Shown: piece by piece, positions 53,505-58,140 of the stretch
Position numbering within the stretch: position 1 is the first letter of the stretch
Layout: the number at the start of each line of letters is the position of its first letter
The notes under the pieces: model-generated
Databases searched by the model: none
The model's input: only the letters and a program-made list of their open reading frames with translations
What the model was told of the DNA's origin: nothing
Made by a program: the position numbers and the translations under genes
From: an uncultured Candidatus Saccharibacteria bacterium
GTDB taxonomy: Bacteria; Patescibacteriota; Minisyncoccia; Phycocordibacterales; UBA9973
Direction of reading: 5' to 3'
DNA length: 58,140 nucleotides
Assembly (NCBI GenBank): GCA_964571085.1
Contig: CAZMZT010000004.1
Coordinates: forward strand, 1-58,140

Positions 53505-54578
53505 ATGCAAAAAAGACTAACGCTACTAGCGATAGAAACCTCCTGCGACGATACATGTGTGGCTATAGTAGAAGTGAGCGAGCAGAGTAAAAAGACTTCA
53601 TTCAAAATCCTTGCCAATGTAGTGCAGTCACAAGACATCCACCAGGAATATGGAGGTGTCTTCCCTATGATGGCCAAGCGTGAGCACATGAAGAACATCG
53701 GACCTATGTTTGACCTGGCGATGAAGCAAGCAAAGAATCCAAAGATAGACGCGGTCGCTGTGACTGTCGGCCCTGGACTTGAGCCAGCGCTATGGGTAGG
53801 AATAGTCTTCGCACAAGAACTCGCAAAAAAACTTGGAGTAAAAGTGATACCTGTGAACCACATGGAGGGACACATATTCTCGATCTTCCCAAAGAAAGCA
53901 AAAACATTTGTAGTTGAGAACAAGAAGAGCTTGTTCCCTATGCTCTCATTACTAGTGTCTGGTGGCCACACAGAAATAGTCCTGGTCAAAGACTGGATGA
54001 AGTACAAGGTCATCGGCCAGACACGCGACGATGCAGTGGGTGAAGCATTTGATAAAGTAGCGCGCATGCTAGGGCTTCCATATCCAGGAGGGCCTGCGAT
54101 ATCAAAACTTGCAGAAGCCGAGCGAAAGAATAAAAATATTCTGAGTGGAGTAACATTGCCTCGCCCAATGATTTATACAAAAGATTATGACTTTTCATTC
54201 TCTGGACTCAAAACTGCGGTGCTCTACTACATACGCGACCACGGACCACTGACTGAAAAGATGAAGTCAGAGATAGCCAAAGAGTTTGAAGAAGCATCAG
54301 TAGAGGTACTTGTAACCAAGACATTGCGCGCAGTAAAAGAACACAAAATAAAAACACTCATAATAGGTGGTGGTGTATCTGCAAACACTTATCTTCAAAA
54401 AGTTCTAAAAAGTAAACTCAAGAAAGTTGCGCCTAAAACTACAACTCACTTCCCTGTCCGAGGCCTCAGCACTGACAACGCACTTATGATAGCCATCGCA
54501 GGGTATTTCCAATACAAAAACAAGAAATTAACTAAGGATATAAAGAACCTAATAGCTAAGGGCAATCTGTCCTTATAA
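53505..54578 (+). CDS. tsaD: tRNA N6-adenosine threonylcarbamoyltransferase
   Basis: LAIETSCDDT and VNHMEGH metal site; Kae1/Gcp fold. ATG lies 6 nt after the -10 TATAGT (53493-53498). Confidence 0.93.
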   Translation: MQKRLTLLAIETSCDDTCVAIVEVSEQSKKTSFKILANVVQSQDIHQEYGGVFPMMAKREHMKNIGPMFDLAMKQAKNPKIDAVAVTVGPGLEPALWVGIVFAQELAKKLGVKVIPVNHMEGHIFSIFPKKAKTFVVENKKSLFPMLSLLVSGGHTEIVLVKDWMKYKVIGQTRDDAVGEAFDKVARMLGLPYPGGPAISKLAEAERKNKNILSGVTLPRPMIYTKDYDFSFSGLKTAVLYYIRDHGPLTEKMKSEIAKEFEEASVEVLVTKTLRAVKEHKIKTLIIGGGVSANTYLQKVLKSKLKKVAPKTTTHFPVRGLSTDNALMIAIAGYFQYKNKKLTKDIKNLIAKGNLSL

Positions 54579-54615
54579 TATTGGAAATAAGGCTCTAAAA
54601 TGTTATATTTTATAT

Positions 54616-56799
54616 ATGAATCAAGAGTATCCTGATATAGATCCCAAGCTACTTTCGCCGTACAATCCCACAGAAACAGAAGACCGCATATACAAGCTCT
54701 GGGAAGAGAGTGGTTTTTTTAACCCTGATGTTTGTATTGAGAAAGGACTAACTAAGTCGGATGCAGAACCTTTCTCCATAGTCCTCCCTCCTCCAAATGT
54801 AACTGGCACATTACACATAGGCCACGCATCTATGCTCGTCATCGAAGACATCATGACTCGCTTTGCTCGCATGCAAGGCAAGCGTACACTATGGCTCCCA
54901 GGTACAGACCATGCAGCGATAGCTACTCAGTCAAAAGTAGAAAAGATACTCGAGAAAGAAGAAGGTAAAAGGAAGAGTGACCTAGGTCGTGAAGAATTTC
55001 TGGCGCGTGTAGAAGCTTTCGCTCAGGATAGCCATGACACTATAGTGTCCCAAGTGAAGAAGATGGGTGCATCTATAGACTGGTCTCGTGAAGCATTTAC
55101 ACTCGACGACAAGCGCAACTTTGCAGTTCGCACTGCATTCAAGCAAATGTACGACGATGGACTTATCTACCGAGGCCACCGCATAGTAAACTGGGACCCA
55201 AAAGGCCAAACTGTAATATCTGATGATGAGATAGTCTACAAAGAAGAGAAGATCAAATTCTATTACCTAAAGTATGGCCCATTTACAATAGGTACTGCCC
55301 GACCTGAAACAAAGTTCGGAGACAAATACGTAGTCATGCATCCAGATGATACTCGTTATAGTCAGTACAAACACGGCGACAAGATAACTGTTGAATGGAT
55401 CAACGGACCAATAGAAGCAACTATTATAAAGGACACAGATATAGATATGGAATTTGGAACTGGAGTCATGACTATAACTCCGTGGCACTCTGTGGCAGAC
55501 TTTGGCATTGCAGAGCGTCATAAACTAGACAAAGAACAAATCATAGACAAGTACGGCAAACTACTCCCAGTAGCCGGAGACTTTGCAGGAATGAAGATAA
55601 AAGATGCACGTGCAAAAATAGTAGAGAAGCTTGAATCAAAAGGCCTTGTAGAGAAAGTTGAAGATTACACTCACAATGTCGCTACTGCAGAGAGGACTGA
55701 AGCAGTGATAGAACCACAGATAATGAACCAATGGTTTATAAATGTGAACAAGGGAGTTCCCTCTCGTGGCGACAAGACTCTCAAGGAACTCATGCTTGAG
55801 CCAGTAAAAAACAAGAATATAGACATACTTCCAGACCGATTCGAACGCGTTTACTACAACTGGGTGGAGAACCTCCGTGACTGGTGTATCTCCCGACAAA
55901 TATGGTACGGACACAGAATACCAGTCTGGTATAAAGGCGAAGAGGTTTACTGTGGCATAGAAGCTCCAACAGAAGATGGCTGGGTTCAAGACGAAGACAC
56001 TCTCGATACGTGGTTCTCATCAGGTCTTTGGACATTCTCAACACTTGGCTGGCCAGAGAAAACTAAAGACTTGGCGGACTACCATCCGACAACAATACTA
56101 GAAACTGGATACGACATCATCTTCTTCTGGGTCGCTCGTATGATACTCATGTCACAGTACCTTATCGGTGAAGTACCTTTCAAGAACGTATACCTGCATG
56201 GACTTGTTCGCGACGCACAAGGACGCAAGATGAGTAAATCTCTAGGTAACATTATCGACCCACTAGACGTGGTCGCAAAGTATGGAGCTGACGCAGTGCG
56301 TATGTCCCTCATCATCGGCACAGGTCCTGGCAACGATAGTAAGATGAGTGAGGACAAGATCAAAGCTTATAAGAACTATGCAAACAAACTCTGGAACATA
56401 ACCCGCTTTGTAATGTCATCTACCGAGGGTGTGTCATACAACCCACGCTTTGATAACTATACAGAAGCTGATAAAGAACTTATAAAAGAACGCGATGAGG
56501 TTATGAAAATTATCACCAAGGAGATGGAAGAGTACAAATTCTACCTTGTGGGTGACAAGATTTACCAATACACTTGGGCACGATTTGCTGATGTTATCAT
56601 CGAAGAAAGTAAGCCAATCATCCAAGGAACTGATCAGATAGCAAAGGATTCCCGCGCGCAATTCTTGATCAATACACTGGTTGAAATAATAAAGACCCTC
56701 CACCCTTTCATGCCATTCGTCACCGAAGAAATCTGGTCATTACTCCCGGTCGAAGATAAAAACCTTCTCATGGTAACTCCATGGCCTTCACATGAGTGA
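54616..56799 (+). CDS. valS: valyl-tRNA synthetase lacking the C-terminal coiled-coil extension
   Basis: PPPNVTGTLHIGHA (HIGH) and KMSKS; 727 aa. ATG lies 6 nt after TGTTATATT (54601-54609). Confidence 0.93.
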   Translation: MNQEYPDIDPKLLSPYNPTETEDRIYKLWEESGFFNPDVCIEKGLTKSDAEPFSIVLPPPNVTGTLHIGHASMLVIEDIMTRFARMQGKRTLWLPGTDHAAIATQSKVEKILEKEEGKRKSDLGREEFLARVEAFAQDSHDTIVSQVKKMGASIDWSREAFTLDDKRNFAVRTAFKQMYDDGLIYRGHRIVNWDPKGQTVISDDEIVYKEEKIKFYYLKYGPFTIGTARPETKFGDKYVVMHPDDTRYSQYKHGDKITVEWINGPIEATIIKDTDIDMEFGTGVMTITPWHSVADFGIAERHKLDKEQIIDKYGKLLPVAGDFAGMKIKDARAKIVEKLESKGLVEKVEDYTHNVATAERTEAVIEPQIMNQWFINVNKGVPSRGDKTLKELMLEPVKNKNIDILPDRFERVYYNWVENLRDWCISRQIWYGHRIPVWYKGEEVYCGIEAPTEDGWVQDEDTLDTWFSSGLWTFSTLGWPEKTKDLADYHPTTILETGYDIIFFWVARMILMSQYLIGEVPFKNVYLHGLVRDAQGRKMSKSLGNIIDPLDVVAKYGADAVRMSLIIGTGPGNDSKMSEDKIKAYKNYANKLWNITRFVMSSTEGVSYNPRFDNYTEADKELIKERDEVMKIITKEMEEYKFYLVGDKIYQYTWARFADVIIEESKPIIQGTDQIAKDSRAQFLINTLVEIIKTLHPFMPFVTEEIWSLLPVEDKNLLMVTPWPSHE

Positions 56800-57502
56800 A
56801 CTATTCCAAGACCCTAAGACACTACTGTTTGCAATCCTCGGCGGTGCACTGCCGGCTGTGTTCTGGCTATGGTTCTGGCTCAAAGAAGAAGATCATGAAC
56901 AACCAGAGCCAAAGGGACTAATAGCTCTGGCATTCATCCTAGGAGGGATTATAGTACTCATTGCAATAGCATTGGAGAAATCCTCACTCAAATACATCAC
57001 TGAGCACACAACTCAAGTTATAGTATGGTCAGCTATAGAGGAACTGGTCAAAGCAGGAGCCGTAATGATGATCATAATGGGAAGCAATATCATCAGAAAA
57101 CCTATCGACTACCCCATGTACTTCATTGCAGTAGCACTTGGATTCGCAGCTTTTGAGAACATACTATACTTAGTCGGACCACTTGAAGTGGAAGGTACTG
57201 TGGTTGGGCTACTTACAGGCAACCTCAGGTTCCTGGGTTCGACACTTCTACATGCAATAGCAAGCTCTATGATAGGTATCGCACTTGGTTTATCTTTTTT
57301 CATAAAACAGTACCGCGGTATATACCTTCTAGGTGGTATAGTGTGCGCAATAGTGTTGCATAGTATCTTTAATTTTTTTATAATGAAAGGAGCTGGCGAG
57401 AACTTCCTAAGTGTATTTGGATTGCTGTGGGTAGTAGCTATTATTAATATTCTTATTTTCGAAAAACTAAAACGTATGGGTCAGGAAGTTCCTAACTCAT
57501 AA
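56792..57502 (+). CDS. prsW: PrsW-family intramembrane metalloprotease
   Basis: EELVK, FAAFENILY and HAIASS motifs; polytopic. Confidence 0.8.
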   Translation: MSELFQDPKTLLFAILGGALPAVFWLWFWLKEEDHEQPEPKGLIALAFILGGIIVLIAIALEKSSLKYITEHTTQVIVWSAIEELVKAGAVMMIIMGSNIIRKPIDYPMYFIAVALGFAAFENILYLVGPLEVEGTVVGLLTGNLRFLGSTLLHAIASSMIGIALGLSFFIKQYRGIYLLGGIVCAIVLHSIFNFFIMKGAGENFLSVFGLLWVVAIINILIFEKLKRMGQEVPNS

Positions 57503-57513
57503 TCAAAAAATAT

Positions 57514-58020
57514 ATGTTAAAAAAGAAATCATTCTTGGAACGCATTACTGGAGGACTTCGACTAGAAGACGAAGAAGAAGTTGGTGGGTCACCTGTAGCT
57601 GACAAAAAAATCCCAACATCAATAGATAAAAACTCTGGATCAAAGGTTAAAGAGCTCAACCTCAAAGACCCTAAGTGGGAAGAAGAGTCTGAAGCAGAAC
57701 TAACTGTCGATGTGTATCAGTCAGCAACTGACATATTTGTACAGACAATGGTAGCAGGAGTTCAGCCAGACAACCTGTCTATCACTATTACTCGCGATAT
57801 GATAACAATCAAAGGTAAAAGAGCTGAGAACCAATCCATAAACACAGAAAACTATTTCGTCCAAGAGCTCTACTGGGGTGCATTTTCAAGGACTATCTCA
57901 CTTCCAGAAGAAATAGACCCAGAGGAAGCAGAGGCAGTAGAGAAACATGGGTTACTGATAATCAAACTCCCAAAGATAGACAAGGAAAAGAAGGCAACAC
58001 TTAAAGTGAAGTCGATATAA
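57514..58020 (+). CDS. Hsp20/alpha-crystallin small heat-shock protein
   Basis: Alpha-crystallin domain (VDVYQS...GAFSRTISLPEEID...GLLIIKLPK). Confidence 0.9.
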   Translation: MLKKKSFLERITGGLRLEDEEEVGGSPVADKKIPTSIDKNSGSKVKELNLKDPKWEEESEAELTVDVYQSATDIFVQTMVAGVQPDNLSITITRDMITIKGKRAENQSINTENYFVQELYWGAFSRTISLPEEIDPEEAEAVEKHGLLIIKLPKIDKEKKATLKVKSI

Positions 58021-58056
58021 TAAATAGAGGTCAGATTCGGCTATTACATAGCGCTG

Positions 58057-58110
58057 CCTAGGCACAATAATAAAAACCGTCTTACGACGGTTTTTATTAT
58101 TGTGCCTAGG
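58057..58110. terminator. 25-bp perfect palindrome (bidirectional terminator) overlapping the tRNA 3' end
   Basis: CCTAGGCACAATAATAAAAACCGTC-TTAC-GACGGTTTTTATTATTGTGCCTAGG. Confidence 0.8.
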
Positions 58111-58140
58111 CCCAGATTCGAACTGGGGACCTATCCCTCT
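58103..58140 (-). tRNA. tRNA gene, 3' portion only (continues past window end; identity not determinable)
   Basis: The reverse complement reads ..AGGTC CCCAG-TTCGAAT-CTGGG CCTAGGC A, giving a T arm, an acceptor 3' strand and a discriminator. Confidence 0.6.

Noticed and set aside
53492-54067. 191-aa minus-strand ORF antisense to tsaD.
   Set aside because: Shadow frame of a conserved gene with low-complexity composition.

Overview
The window reads as a chromosomal segment from a small-genome, low-to-moderate GC bacterium with Patescibacteria/CPR-like gene content. Pointers are many short hypothetical membrane or secreted proteins, SWIB, GIY-YIG and TMEM175-like genes, an archaeal-type cmk, domain-reduced ValRS and MurE, and tRNA genes without encoded CCA. 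This taxonomic call is inference only.

Gene order:
- prfA 3' end, an RRM RNA-binding protein, and a tRNA-Ile locus with partial self-copies.
- A complete F1Fo ATP synthase operon (atpZ-like, B, E, F, H, A, G, one extra ORF, D, C).
- trhO.
- A LexA-box-controlled six-gene operon: small ORF, lexA, Pif1-like helicase, MGMT, DUF167, DUF1905.
- tspO, SWIB, GIY-YIG and TMEM175 genes.
- A divergent cspA / DEAD-box helicase pair.
- rpmA, rplI, ctpA, rsmI.
- An accessory-looking block ending at tRNA-Glu.
- glnA, then an AT-rich single-polypeptide restriction-modification gene.
- On the minus strand, two cell-wall blocks: mraZ-rsmH-ftsL-ftsI-murF and cmk-murE-murD-hydrolase-murC-X-Y-mrdA-NlpC/P60-greA-lysS.
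- tsaD, valS, prsW, hsp20, and a partial tRNA at the window edge.

I saw no rRNA, CRISPR array, transposase or integrase.

Most noteworthy by eye:
- The nested tRNA copies at 965-1214.
- The extra ORF inside the atp operon.
- The SOS operon architecture.
- Three promoter-plus-terminator units with no convincing ORF (candidate sRNAs).
- A stand-alone Trp/Arg/Lys-rich micro-ORF unit.
- An MraZ-box array.
- Four perfect DnaA boxes.
- A recurrent leaderless promoter-ATG layout.
- Several genes whose families are typical of Bacteroidota.

All coordinates of hairpins and promoters were counted by hand and may be off by 1-2 nt. No database search or folding program was run.
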